Of a stretch of 64,000 nt of DNA, positions 18,778 through 28,635 are shown piece by piece. Origin of the DNA: a virus; IMG/VR virus record IMGVR_UViG_3300045974_000167, positions 1 to 64,000 of that record; one strand, written 5' to 3'. The translations under genes were made by a program, and so were the position numbers. A model generated the notes under the pieces. The model was given only the letters and a program-made list of their open reading frames with translations. It had not been told where the DNA came from and made no database searches. Numbering within the stretch: the first letter of the stretch is position 1; every line of letters begins with the position of its first letter.

Positions 18778-21690
18778 GTGGGAAAAATCGTAGCTATCGA
18801 ACTTAGATACAAGCGCGCTGATGACATGAGCGGGTGGATTTATGTCATCAGCCATGACCTTCCTGCTACGTATTCTAAGTTGAAGCTCCGTCAGGGGGCG
18901 TCGTATACATTCCAGGCAAGGAATGTTGATGATAACGGGGCTGTCTCGGATTGGGTGTCGGCTGTTGTCGATGCTACTGGGACTCGTAAACTATTAGACG
19001 CCCCGACGGTTGTAACCACCCAGGCTATTGCCGATGGGATTGTAGTTAGTTGGTCTGTAGAGGGGACTGTACTAGTCGGTGTTACATTCGAGGTTGAACA
19101 CGCCCCGAACCTTGCTGGTGCCCCCGGAACGTATTCCCCCGTAGCTATCGTTCCTACGTTCCAAGTTACGGACCCAATCACAGATGGCGGCGCGTACTGG
19201 TATCGTGTCCGACTCATCGACGGCGGCGGAAATGTTTCACCCTGGACGGTTACGACGGCGTACACCACAGCCAAGACTGTAGGTGACCCCGCCAAACAAA
19301 CTCCCGGGGCCGTAATCAACCCGTTCTTTGAGAATGGGAATACTGACTGGGTTAAGGGAACTGATTGGGCGATTATCGAGGCTCCCGGGTCTTTCACCGG
19401 GTCTTGGTACGCTACCAAAGCCACTACTGTTGCGTCCTCTTCTGATCTAGTAAACTCCGGTAAGACCCCCGTCGCCGCAGGACAGCCGGTTACTGCGCGT
19501 GCGTACTGCCGCTCGGTAGGGGCTACCGGAAACGTGCAGGTTGGTATCAAGTGGTACGACAATGCCGGGATTGAACTAACCGGGGGAAATAGCCCTACGC
19601 TGGGTAGCGCCTATGCCGCCGCCAGTCTCTCTAACTGGGGCGAAGTCATTCTCCGCACAACCGCACCAGCAGGAGCAGCACTTGCTCAATTCATGCTCCG
19701 TGTATCCAGCCATAGTTCTGGTACATGGCAGGTAGATAACGCTTATCTATACCTAGCGGATCAATCCTCGCTTTCTACCGCCGATAGAAACGCGCTGGAT
19801 AGTATGGCGGCGGCGCTAGATGACAGCAAGCTTTCTTCCTTAGAGAAAGCCTCCATTGTCCCCGCGTATAAGTCGATGCTGCGGGCGTATTTCGGTACAT
19901 CTGGGTCTAACGGACTAGCGTATACGGCAGGTCAGTACGCGGCCCCGCATACAATCGCCACCACCAGCTACACCTCCGCTATCACCACTCTTAAGGCAAC
20001 TCTAGAGGGGTACGGTCTTAAGTTCGGAACAGTTAATACTGTTGTATGGGACTCCGGACCCTCCACCGAAGTAGCTTGGACGGCGGATCCCACCCCCACC
20101 ACCGTCGATGGGCCTGCGCTGCGGGCGCAGTACACCTCTGCCCTTCTGGAAGAGTCGGCACTTCGGCAATCGATTGCAGACGCGGAGCGCCTAACCCGCC
20201 TAGACCTTGCTGGGACTATTACGCAGGTCGGCGGGGACGGGTACCTAACTCCTAGCGAGCGCCGCACAATGCGGTTGATTTACCAGAACACGGTATCTCA
20301 GGGTACGGTAATCCTAACTAGGATTGTAACTGAGCTTGACCCCAAGAGTATCCCCTGCGATCACTCCGCGTATGATTCCGCTTTAACAGCACTAACCACG
20401 TATTTGAATGGGTTATCCCCGGATCTACGTGTAGATCCCGCCACTCTTACCGCGCCGCAGCAGGTTGCTAATACTCCTATCACTGATAGGGCCGCGTGGT
20501 ATAACGCATGGAAGGCATTCCTAGACGGGTTCACGCTGTTACAGACCAACTTCACCAAGGCGGCGCAGGATACTGCAAATTCTGCCATGGATATTTTATC
20601 CGCGATTGGATCGGATAATATCCTGTCTAAAGGTGCAGAAAAACAAGCACTAATTCAGATATACCGTGCGGCGCAGAAAGACTATTCTGCGGCGTATTCC
20701 ATACACCAGAAGTTATCCCCTAATCAATCTTGGGGTGTAAATCTTACAACGGATACCGGGCCAATGTGCTGGCACACCCCCGCCGGGGATGCTACGCACT
20801 GGTTCTATGCCCTAACCCGTATGACCTCCGCTAACCCACAAACCCCGGTGGTTGGTGGTAGCGCGTATTGGTATGATCTAGGGGTAGCTATTGATAACTC
20901 CGTATCCGGTACTCCAGCAGGGGCGTATAATTTATTCAACGTAGCGGGGGCAGACCTCGTTTCTTACATCGGCAGCACTTTAGGGCTATCAGATCCTCTA
21001 GTAGTATGGCCCGCAGGTACGTACGTGCCTGGAAACGAAGCCACCTGGATTACGTATGACACCCCGATAGATGGGGCCTTATTACGGCAGAAGTTTGCCA
21101 CGTTCTATTCTGCACAGGCTAATTTTGAGGCTAGTGTAGATACTATAAAGACTAGCATTCGTGCGGCGCAGGCTAAGTCCGGTGGTTTAGTCCTCGCTAG
21201 TGCATCTAGGTTAGGGTCTGTTAGGGTTGGCAGCGGACTAACAATCGATTCTAACGGGATTCTAAGTGCGTTAGGTGGCGGCGGTGGGGGCGGTGACGCT
21301 ACTACCTTAGGTTCCAAGTACCCGGATGTTTCCGCTACCGCCGATACGATTGCACAGCGCGATCTAAACGGGTGGTTGTTTGCGGTAGATGTTTCTACTT
21401 CGTCTGACGCCCGCCTAAAGTACGATGTAGCATCCATCAAGGGCGCGCTTGATAAGGTGCTTGCGATGCGCGGCGTGACCTTCACCCGTGTAGGTGACAC
21501 CCGTAAACAGATGGGGGTTATTGCCCAGGAGATGGAAGAGGTTGCTCCCGAGGTTGTTCATACTGACGATGAGGGCATGAAATCTGTTACGTATGGTAAC
21601 CTTGTAGGGGTGTTGATTGAGGCTGTGAAGGAACAGCAGGCAACCATCGTGCAACTGATTGCACAGGTTGATGCCCTGACCAAGAACTAG
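18778..21690 (+). CDS. Tail fibre with FN3, CBM-like, helical repeats and C-terminal S74 intramolecular chaperone
   Basis: AGGTGA RBS + GTG; 'SSDARLK', 'GVIAQE', 'Y..LV.VLIEAVKE' chaperone signature. Confidence 0.88.
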   Translation: MGKIVAIELRYKRADDMSGWIYVISHDLPATYSKLKLRQGASYTFQARNVDDNGAVSDWVSAVVDATGTRKLLDAPTVVTTQAIADGIVVSWSVEGTVLVGVTFEVEHAPNLAGAPGTYSPVAIVPTFQVTDPITDGGAYWYRVRLIDGGGNVSPWTVTTAYTTAKTVGDPAKQTPGAVINPFFENGNTDWVKGTDWAIIEAPGSFTGSWYATKATTVASSSDLVNSGKTPVAAGQPVTARAYCRSVGATGNVQVGIKWYDNAGIELTGGNSPTLGSAYAAASLSNWGEVILRTTAPAGAALAQFMLRVSSHSSGTWQVDNAYLYLADQSSLSTADRNALDSMAAALDDSKLSSLEKASIVPAYKSMLRAYFGTSGSNGLAYTAGQYAAPHTIATTSYTSAITTLKATLEGYGLKFGTVNTVVWDSGPSTEVAWTADPTPTTVDGPALRAQYTSALLEESALRQSIADAERLTRLDLAGTITQVGGDGYLTPSERRTMRLIYQNTVSQGTVILTRIVTELDPKSIPCDHSAYDSALTALTTYLNGLSPDLRVDPATLTAPQQVANTPITDRAAWYNAWKAFLDGFTLLQTNFTKAAQDTANSAMDILSAIGSDNILSKGAEKQALIQIYRAAQKDYSAAYSIHQKLSPNQSWGVNLTTDTGPMCWHTPAGDATHWFYALTRMTSANPQTPVVGGSAYWYDLGVAIDNSVSGTPAGAYNLFNVAGADLVSYIGSTLGLSDPLVVWPAGTYVPGNEATWITYDTPIDGALLRQKFATFYSAQANFEASVDTIKTSIRAAQAKSGGLVLASASRLGSVRVGSGLTIDSNGILSALGGGGGGGDATTLGSKYPDVSATADTIAQRDLNGWLFAVDVSTSSDARLKYDVASIKGALDKVLAMRGVTFTRVGDTRKQMGVIAQEMEEVAPEVVHTDDEGMKSVTYGNLVGVLIEAVKEQQATIVQLIAQVDALTKN

Positions 21691-21692
21691 CC

Positions 21693-22172
21693 ATGGCACT
21701 TCCCGCATCAGGAATACTGAAACTCTCAGATATTATTGCTGAATTCGGTGGGCCGGGGAATCTGCGGGCGTATCTGTACGGTGGGACATATGTAACCGTC
21801 GCGGACTACGCCCCTAACGTACCGTCCAGCGGGAACATTACCCTTCGTAATTTCTTGGACGCGGCAAAGGCAGGAAACCGACTATCCGTAGTCGCTAATC
21901 CCAACTACATTGATGGCTTTGGCGTCGGTATATCTGCCCAGAACGTGAACACCGGAGGAACTACAATAAGCTCTGACGGCACCGGCCCATTCACGTACGC
22001 ATGGTCTGTACTCTCCGGTGGAGGGACTATTATCGGGACCGGGGCCGGGGTGTACGTACGGGAAAGATTACCATTGTGGGGCATGGATTCAGGACAGATC
22101 CAATGCGTAGTTACGGACTCTACCGGGCGTACTGGATCTGCCATAATAGACTACTACCTAGATAACTCCTAA
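21693..22172 (+). CDS. Fibre-associated small virion protein
   Basis: N-terminal 'MALPASG.L.LSDI.AEFGG', a start common after phage fibres; Ig-like C-terminus. Confidence 0.65.
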   Translation: MALPASGILKLSDIIAEFGGPGNLRAYLYGGTYVTVADYAPNVPSSGNITLRNFLDAAKAGNRLSVVANPNYIDGFGVGISAQNVNTGGTTISSDGTGPFTYAWSVLSGGGTIIGTGAGVYVRERLPLWGMDSGQIQCVVTDSTGRTGSAIIDYYLDNS

Positions 22173-22186
22173 CCTTTTGAATTCTC

Positions 22187-22234
22187 GGCGGGGCGGGGAC
22201 CGGGTAACACCGGCCTTGACCCCGCTATTTTTTT
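22187..22234 (+). terminator. Intrinsic terminator ending tail operon
   Basis: GCGGGG...CCCCGC stem followed by T7 tract. Confidence 0.75.
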
Positions 22235-22286
22235 GCCCATAAGTAACTGACTGCGATCAATTGCAGGAAAATACCCCCCCGGGGGG

Positions 22287-22314
22287 TTGCTAGAACCCAC
22301 AGTTAATGTAGTAT
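22287..22314 (+). promoter_or_regulatory. Possible sigma70-type promoter for lysis genes (leaderless transcript)
   Basis: TTGCTA-16bp-TAGTAT; ATG 6 nt after -10. Confidence 0.45.
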
Positions 22315-22320
22315 GAGGGG

Positions 22321-22683
22321 ATGCTATTATTCAAGCCTGGGGTAGACCTCAATAATTTGAAGCCTCAGGCGGCGGCTGCTATGACTGTAGCTGCTGGTGT
22401 ATTTGATTTTTACCGGTCCCACTGCATGGTCACCTCCGTAGGGGACAGCAAGCACGGAATTGACTCACTGCATTATAAAGGTCTTGCATTTGATTGCAGA
22501 CTTGCCTCCCGGTACAACTCGACACTTCAGGGAGTAGACGCCGCCGTCGTAGCTAAACTTAAGGAGTCTCTGACGGCCCAGTACGATGTTGTTCTTGAGG
22601 GTGAGGATACCCCGGGGGCCTCAGGTGCTCACATCCATATTGAGTATGATCCGCTCCACGACGGTAAGCCCGTTATTGTCTGA
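22321..22683 (+). CDS. Endolysin, peptidase M15-type
   Basis: 'SLHYKGLAFD' and 'HIHIEYD' Zn-binding motifs. Confidence 0.8.
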   Translation: MLLFKPGVDLNNLKPQAAAAMTVAAGVFDFYRSHCMVTSVGDSKHGIDSLHYKGLAFDCRLASRYNSTLQGVDAAVVAKLKESLTAQYDVVLEGEDTPGASGAHIHIEYDPLHDGKPVIV

Positions 22684-22690
22684 GGTTCCT

Positions 22691-22936
22691 ATGGCCTGGT
22701 TTTTCAATAATGCTAAAGGCAAGCCTGACGCGATGCTAACGTTCGCCATCTTCGGGTTCTCCGGGGTGATGATCAAGGCCATTCTGAACGGCGTAACCAT
22801 TGGGACGGTGAACTGCGGAACAATGGACGCCGCCCTTGCCGCCGCCATCCTTGGATCCACTCTAGGGGCTTACGTTATCCGCAGGGGGCAGGACAACAAG
22901 AAGGAAGTTTCGTTAGCTTCGTTCAAGGCGGAATAA
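22691..22936 (+). CDS. Holin-like membrane protein
   Basis: Two hydrophobic segments, charged C-tail, follows endolysin; GAGG RBS. Confidence 0.6.
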   Translation: MAWFFNNAKGKPDAMLTFAIFGFSGVMIKAILNGVTIGTVNCGTMDAALAAAILGSTLGAYVIRRGQDNKKEVSLASFKAE

Positions 22937-23667
22937 TGCTAGAGAAGATCAAGCCCTGGATTCTTCCCGCCGCCTTACTGGTGGCGGTGGTTTTCTTGGC
23001 TGTCAAATTCTCCTCTGCTAACAAGGCCGTGACAGAGGCACAGGCCGCTCTTGAACGCATCCAGCTAAAGTTAAATGAGGTTCCTGTCGGTGATCCTGTC
23101 GCCCAGGCGAAACTCGATGCCGCGCTCCTACAGATTGAGGCATTGAACAAGCTTGTAACCGACTTGAAGAAGGATTTGCCCAAGGGGTCCAAGACTATCT
23201 ACGTACAGTCTGGGGGCACGGGCGCGGGAACGGTCGGCGGCACCCCTCGACCCCCCGAACCTCCTGCGAAGCCTGATGAGCCCGCAAAACCTGCGGTCGA
23301 ATGCCTACTTGCGGTAGGGGACAAGATGGAGATCACGGTTGCCAATGCGGGCATCGAAACCCCCAAGGGCAATCTCGTCTTTACTGGAATTGCCTCGGCT
23401 ACCCGGCTGTCACCGGAACCTAAGACCGAACTCTTCAAGTCTGAACTGAAATACTCCACTGAATTTAGGGAGAGGGAAGCTGAAGTAATGGGTTGGGGCG
23501 CAGGGGTCTCACTGGCGGCGGGGAAGTTCGGATGGGCGCTAGGGCCTGCGCTGGCGTTCCCTCCGGTGAATATCTGGGTAGGTAATCTAGAAACCCTCTT
23601 CACTATCAACTTCGGTGGGGACGGCCAATGGGTTACGACGGTCAACGGATTCGTCAGGTTCAAATGA
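22936..23667 (+). CDS. Spanin-like membrane protein
   Basis: N-terminal TM, coiled coil, Pro-rich linker, C-terminal amphipathic beta strands; lysis cassette. Confidence 0.5.
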   Translation: MLEKIKPWILPAALLVAVVFLAVKFSSANKAVTEAQAALERIQLKLNEVPVGDPVAQAKLDAALLQIEALNKLVTDLKKDLPKGSKTIYVQSGGTGAGTVGGTPRPPEPPAKPDEPAKPAVECLLAVGDKMEITVANAGIETPKGNLVFTGIASATRLSPEPKTELFKSELKYSTEFREREAEVMGWGAGVSLAAGKFGWALGPALAFPPVNIWVGNLETLFTINFGGDGQWVTTVNGFVRFK

Positions 23668-23843
23668 GAGATACGTGGTCGTTGTCTAAGAAGCGATTTC
23701 ACTTAGATAATTACTGTCCCGGGTGTGGGCACCATTGGGATGTGCATATCCCAGAGGTGGGGTGTAGGGCGTGGTGTTTGGAGGGGGTCTGTAAATGTCT
23801 AAGGACGCAACATCAGGAGACACAACCCCCTACCCGCCCGTAG
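23664..23843 (+). CDS. Small Cys/His-rich protein
   Basis: ATGA overlap; CPGCGHH..H...C...C.C. Confidence 0.5.
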   Translation: MRDTWSLSKKRFHLDNYCPGCGHHWDVHIPEVGCRAWCLEGVCKCLRTQHQETQPPTRP

Positions 23844-24253
23844 TCGGGTATAGTCGTCCCATTGGACAGCCACAGGGGCCTACTACCGGGCGCTGGGAGT
23901 TGTTAGAGCACGTACGCGGTAAGGATGTATCTCGCGGACGCCGCTGGAACGAAGTGCCCATGTGGTACCGGGTACTTGACCGTTTCGGCCTCCCCACACT
24001 TTTACTCCTTGGGTTATCCTGGGGGGTGTGGACTGTCGGAAATAATGTTATCGAGCGGTGGGACAAACAGCAGAAGGAAGTTGCTGCGGCTATGACGCGG
24101 CAGGCAGAGGCTACCGGGAGGATAGTAGATAAAATCGATAAGATGGCCGATGACACCCACCTTGTAACTGGGATTATCCTTGATAGAATCGGTCGTCCGA
24201 TGCCCTTCGCTACTATAGGCCCCGCTCCTGAGAAGAAAGAGGACAAGAAGTGA
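23795..24253 (+). CDS. Membrane protein (holin/lysis accessory-like)
   Basis: One TM plus coiled coil. Confidence 0.6.
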   Translation: MSKDATSGDTTPYPPVVGYSRPIGQPQGPTTGRWELLEHVRGKDVSRGRRWNEVPMWYRVLDRFGLPTLLLLGLSWGVWTVGNNVIERWDKQQKEVAAAMTRQAEATGRIVDKIDKMADDTHLVTGIILDRIGRPMPFATIGPAPEKKEDKK

Positions 24254-24750
24254 GTTACAATCGGACAATCCTACTCATTCTTGGGGGTATACTCTTGTTC
24301 TTGGGGGTGGCTGCCGCCGCAGACCCGGATCATTTAGACCTGATTGCTCGGGCGGGGTTTTGGTACGACCACGGCGCGGCGCTTATGCTGATGTCGGCTG
24401 ACCTGATTACTTTAGTTATCCTCCTAATCGTTACAATGCTACACCGAGCCAAGTTTACCCGACTTAGGATTTCTATCGAGAGCAACCGTCTAGAGGTTAA
24501 ACGTCTTGGCGGCGTAGCCGAGGAGCGGAAGTCCATGCTTGACCGGGTGGAACGGCACATTCAGACGTTGAAGGAACGTACCATGCAACTGCGGGCGTGT
24601 GATGAAGACCACGAACGCCGGGTTATGTACCTTGAGAACAAGCTCAATCTCGCCCACGATAGGGCGGTGGCGCGGCTAGCACTTAGGGGCGATGCATGGA
24701 AGGATGATCTTGCGGCAAACCCTGATAATTTCATGCCCAAGACCCCCTGA
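24250..24750 (+). CDS. Membrane protein with coiled coil
   Basis: Two TM segments, heptad C-terminus; GTGA overlap. Confidence 0.6.
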   Translation: MSYNRTILLILGGILLFLGVAAAADPDHLDLIARAGFWYDHGAALMLMSADLITLVILLIVTMLHRAKFTRLRISIESNRLEVKRLGGVAEERKSMLDRVERHIQTLKERTMQLRACDEDHERRVMYLENKLNLAHDRAVARLALRGDAWKDDLAANPDNFMPKTP

Positions 24751-24844
24751 CCGATTGCAATCGATTGCAAAGAATGAGAAGATGACCTCGTGGACTAGGT
24801 TTGGGCCTGCGGCCCGCATTGATTTTTAATAACAGGAGATACAC

Positions 24845-25261
24845 ATGGCCGGTAAGACCAACTATCTTGAGGGACAGTTCCTTAACCTTCTTCTGCGGAC
24901 CCAGGTTGCCTGGAAGCCCGCCGGAATCTGGGTTGGGCTCTTTACCGCTGCCCCTACTGATGCCGGTGGAGGTACTGAGGTAACCATTGGGTCCAATGCC
25001 TACGGTCGCGCCGCTGTTACCCAGGCGGATGCTAGCTGGAACGCGCCTGCTGGTACGCCCCGAGCCACCACGAACGCGATTGCCATCAACTTCGCCACCC
25101 CCACTCCTGCTGGCTGGGGCCTCGTCACCCACTTCGGCCTGTTTGATGCTGTCTCTGCTGGCAACCTACTGTACTGGGCGGCGCTGGGTACCTCCAAGAC
25201 CATCAACGCCAACGACACGGTTAGCTTCGGGATCGGCACTCTCAGCATCACCGAAGACTAA
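24845..25261 (+). CDS. Virion appendage / fibre-base protein
   Basis: AGGAG RBS; 'VGLFTA.P...GG.EV...Y.R', 'THFGLFDA..AGNLL' family motifs. Confidence 0.75.
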   Translation: MAGKTNYLEGQFLNLLLRTQVAWKPAGIWVGLFTAAPTDAGGGTEVTIGSNAYGRAAVTQADASWNAPAGTPRATTNAIAINFATPTPAGWGLVTHFGLFDAVSAGNLLYWAALGTSKTINANDTVSFGIGTLSITED

Positions 25262-25268
25262 GCTCTAA

Positions 25269-26255
25269 ATGCCGATCAAACACGCATTCACCAGCGCGAA
25301 AGCGGATGGCGGTGATACTACCGTCGTACGTCCTTCGGACTGGAATGCTGATCACGAAGTAGATGTCGGCGGTGCGTCCTTGGCTTCTCGCACGGACGGT
25401 ACAGACCCGGCTGCGCCCGCCGCCGATCATCTACTTATCTACGCTAAGACCGTTGCCGGAAGGGTGATGCCTAAGTGGATCGGCCCTTCCGGCGTGGACA
25501 TGATCATCCAGCCCCATCTGGGGACCAACAACGTCAGGATGATCCTCCCCGGTGTCGGTACGGCGGTGGGCGCCTCTCCTGGCACCGCCTATTCTCTAGT
25601 GTCGGTAGGAATGGCGATCACCTCCGCGCTAATTTCTACTGGTGGCGGCAACTCGATTCCCGCAATCGCCGCGACGAACCTGCTTACACAGACGAAGCGG
25701 GCGGCCCTCTCGACAGGCACCACCATCAACGCCGGGATCTCGGTCTACAGCACGGCGCATGAGGTGTGGCGTGGTAACGCGGCTGGGCTGGGCGGGTTCT
25801 TCTTCGTCTGCCGCTTCGGCAATAGCGTAAACACCACCAACGGACGCTTGTTCGTTGGCCTGCGCGATGTAACCACAGCGGCAACCATCGTAGACTACAC
25901 CGCTGCCGCCACTACTACCCCCGGGCGTATCGGGGTAGCCCGTACCGGTACTGGCAACCTGTACCTAGTCAACTGCGTATCTGGCACAGCTCCTACAGCT
26001 CTAGATTTGGGCGCTAACTTCGCCGTCAACACCGCGCACCTGTACGAGCTGATTCTATTCGCCAAGCCCAACGATTCAACGGTCTACTACCGAGTAACGA
26101 ATCTCTCGACAGGTAACTCCGCGACAGGATCCCTGACCACGAACATCCCAGCAGCAACTTCGTTCCTGTCGCCCATCTGCACCATTGGCTCCATTGCGGC
26201 GACCTCCGCGAATACGCTTGATTTAATCAAGCTATATCTTGAGACTGACTTCTAG
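25269..26255 (+). CDS. Putative virion fibre protein
   Basis: 'IKH.F.S..ADG.D...VRPSDWN..H' N-terminus; Thr/Gly/Ala-rich beta C-domain. Confidence 0.65.
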   Translation: MPIKHAFTSAKADGGDTTVVRPSDWNADHEVDVGGASLASRTDGTDPAAPAADHLLIYAKTVAGRVMPKWIGPSGVDMIIQPHLGTNNVRMILPGVGTAVGASPGTAYSLVSVGMAITSALISTGGGNSIPAIAATNLLTQTKRAALSTGTTINAGISVYSTAHEVWRGNAAGLGGFFFVCRFGNSVNTTNGRLFVGLRDVTTAATIVDYTAAATTTPGRIGVARTGTGNLYLVNCVSGTAPTALDLGANFAVNTAHLYELILFAKPNDSTVYYRVTNLSTGNSATGSLTTNIPAATSFLSPICTIGSIAATSANTLDLIKLYLETDF

Positions 26256-26263
26256 GGAGTAAA

Positions 26264-27844
26264 ATGGCTCAGGCGTTCCAGACCGACTTCGTACAGTCGG
26301 ACGCCTTTGAGGCCGCTGCTCCTTCGGGTGCGCTTGATGGAAGCATCGTTGCGCCTACTAGTACCGTAACCGGATCTCTTTCCGTAGTAAAAGCACTAAC
26401 CGGTACGGTTGCGGCGCAGGTTTCTACTGTTTCCGGGTCATTATCTGTAGTAAAGACCCTCACCGGTACTGTAGCTGCTCAAGTCTCTACTGTAACTGGT
26501 GATCTAACTGCTTTTGGTAGTCTAACAGGGGCCGTCGCCGCCGTAACAAGCACGGTTACCGGCGATTTATCTGTAGTAAAGACCCTTCAGGGCGCGGTTG
26601 TCGCCCCCGCGTCTACTGTCTCCGGAGAGCTAGCTAAAACCGCAGCCCTTGCTGGTGCAATCAATTGCACAAGTACGGTGGTCGGCGGTATCTCCCTAGC
26701 GGTCAATCTCACCGGTACTGTAACTGGGATCCCTTCAACCGTTTCCGGTACTGTCTCCCAGGTTGTAAACCTAGCGGGCGCTGTACCCGGGATTACTTCT
26801 ACCGTAACTGGGTCCGTCAATAAGACGGATACTCTAACCGGTGTAATCGCCGCCCAGGTAAGTACGGTCGCAGGTGACTTGACCGTCATTTCTTTGACGG
26901 CACTAACCGGCAGTATCGCCGCCCCCGCATCAACCGTTACCGGTGAGTTAGCAGTAACTAAGACTCTCTCCGGGGCGGTTGTCTCTGCTGCCTCAACTGT
27001 AGCGGGGTCCATAACTAAGGTCGCCACTCTTACAGGGGCGGTGCCCGCAGTTACGTCCGTTGTATCCGGGTCACTTGCCTTAGTTAAGGCGTTATCCGGC
27101 GCTATTAGTGCCATCACCAGTACCGTTACCGGTTCCCTAACCTCGGTAGGGGACACTCAACTAAGCGGAACAATCGCCGCTATTCCCAGTATTGTTACTG
27201 GTGATCTAGGCGTAAGTAAGAACCTGACCGGTAGTGTCCCGGCCCAGGTATCTATCGTTACCGGTAAACTGACCATCGACCTGCACGGGGCTATAGGCAT
27301 TGCCCCTTCGGTTGTTACCGGTGAACTGACGGTAGGAAAGAGTCTGTCGGGATCGATCATTTCCCCGGCATCTATCGTTAGTGGCGATCTCTATAAGGTA
27401 GTCACGTTAGTCGGCAGCATCCCGGGGCAAGTATCTGTTGTCTCCGGTGAACTACTGTCCTCGTCCACCCTTACTGGGTCAGTATACGGAACTGCCACCG
27501 TCGCCGCTGAATTATCGAAGCGGGTTAACCTAGATGGCTTCGTTCTTTGCCCCAGTAGCGATGTTGCTGGGGAGCTAACTTACGTCGTCAATCTATCCGG
27601 CAACGTCGTAGCCCTAGCCACCCTGCTGGGTGAATTGTACGTATCCCAACCGGGCGTTAGTGTCTCAATCGATATTGGGAAACGTGTCTTAACTATTTAC
27701 GGGCTGGGGCCGATAGCGGTAGTTAAGACGATATTCCCTACCGCTGACATCAATACTATGCGGCCCGCCCACAAGATTTATGCCGCCGAACCCGTGGCAA
27801 CATGGGTAGTTACTGGCGCTAAGAACAAAACTTTCGTATCATAG
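26264..27844 (+). CDS. Repeat-rich stalk/fibre protein (~21-aa repeats LTGxVxAxxSTVTGxL)
   Basis: ~20 imperfect tandem protein repeats. Confidence 0.7.
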   Translation: MAQAFQTDFVQSDAFEAAAPSGALDGSIVAPTSTVTGSLSVVKALTGTVAAQVSTVSGSLSVVKTLTGTVAAQVSTVTGDLTAFGSLTGAVAAVTSTVTGDLSVVKTLQGAVVAPASTVSGELAKTAALAGAINCTSTVVGGISLAVNLTGTVTGIPSTVSGTVSQVVNLAGAVPGITSTVTGSVNKTDTLTGVIAAQVSTVAGDLTVISLTALTGSIAAPASTVTGELAVTKTLSGAVVSAASTVAGSITKVATLTGAVPAVTSVVSGSLALVKALSGAISAITSTVTGSLTSVGDTQLSGTIAAIPSIVTGDLGVSKNLTGSVPAQVSIVTGKLTIDLHGAIGIAPSVVTGELTVGKSLSGSIISPASIVSGDLYKVVTLVGSIPGQVSVVSGELLSSSTLTGSVYGTATVAAELSKRVNLDGFVLCPSSDVAGELTYVVNLSGNVVALATLLGELYVSQPGVSVSIDIGKRVLTIYGLGPIAVVKTIFPTADINTMRPAHKIYAAEPVATWVVTGAKNKTFVS

Positions 27845-27853
27845 AGGGCATAT

Positions 27854-28180
27854 ATGATTACCGTGACGATGGATCAGGGCGAGTACAAAAGGATTGAGGT
27901 TGATTACCTCGGATCCGGTACCCCGTGGGATGATTTAACAGGTTGCACTATTGAAATGTCTGGGAAACTCGATATTAAATCTGCAACCGCTGATTTCACG
28001 GCGGCGGGCGCTCTAGGAGCGGCTAATTCGGATGGCAAGATTACAAAGTGGGGAGCAGCGGTACCATCGAACGTAGTGGCAGGTATTTACGAGGTAGCAC
28101 TCACTCTATCTAAGTCGGGGGCGACGTTCGGCTTTCCACAGATCGAAACGTGTAAGCTGATCGTCTTGAAACACGCATGA
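27854..28180 (+). CDS. Small Ig-like (BppU-like) structural protein
   Basis: 'DLTGC.I.M', 'AG.Y..' pattern. Confidence 0.5.
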   Translation: MITVTMDQGEYKRIEVDYLGSGTPWDDLTGCTIEMSGKLDIKSATADFTAAGALGAANSDGKITKWGAAVPSNVVAGIYEVALTLSKSGATFGFPQIETCKLIVLKHA

Positions 28181-28608
28181 TTCCAGAAGAGTTACGAACC
28201 GGGCACGAGATCATAGACACACAGCATAACTCAATTCTCACCGAGTTGAATTTGCTCAAGAAGGTGCTAGACGAAGGGGGTCTTTCAACCCCGGTCGTCT
28301 TAGAATTCGTAACATTCTTACGCAACCACTTCACGGACCACTTCACAGATGAAGAGGTCTTGATGCATAGGTTGAATTATCCAGCGGCTAACTTGCATGT
28401 AGACGAACACCTCAAGTTCTTCGATGTGTTCATCCATACGCGAGCTAAGATTCTTGCTAACGGTGCCACCACTGAGAACATCGATAACCTAGTAAGTTCA
28501 TTGAGTGGTTGGCTGACAGATCACATCCTAAGCACTGATGTTTTACTTGCCAGATTCGTCCGTGGGGAAAAACTGCCCGAAATCCCCATGTATGAGCGCG
28601 GATATTAA
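28177..28608 (+). CDS. Bacteriohemerythrin
   Basis: TG..IIDTQH, HFTDEE, H...H, WL..HI...D: complete di-iron ligand set. Confidence 0.92.
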   Translation: MIPEELRTGHEIIDTQHNSILTELNLLKKVLDEGGLSTPVVLEFVTFLRNHFTDHFTDEEVLMHRLNYPAANLHVDEHLKFFDVFIHTRAKILANGATTENIDNLVSSLSGWLTDHILSTDVLLARFVRGEKLPEIPMYERGY

Positions 28609-28635
28609 AAATCTGGGCCGCAACGATAAATTTCC

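Noticed and set aside
22274-22286. C7G6 palindrome upstream of endolysin
   Set aside because: Single low-complexity occurrence with no supportable function
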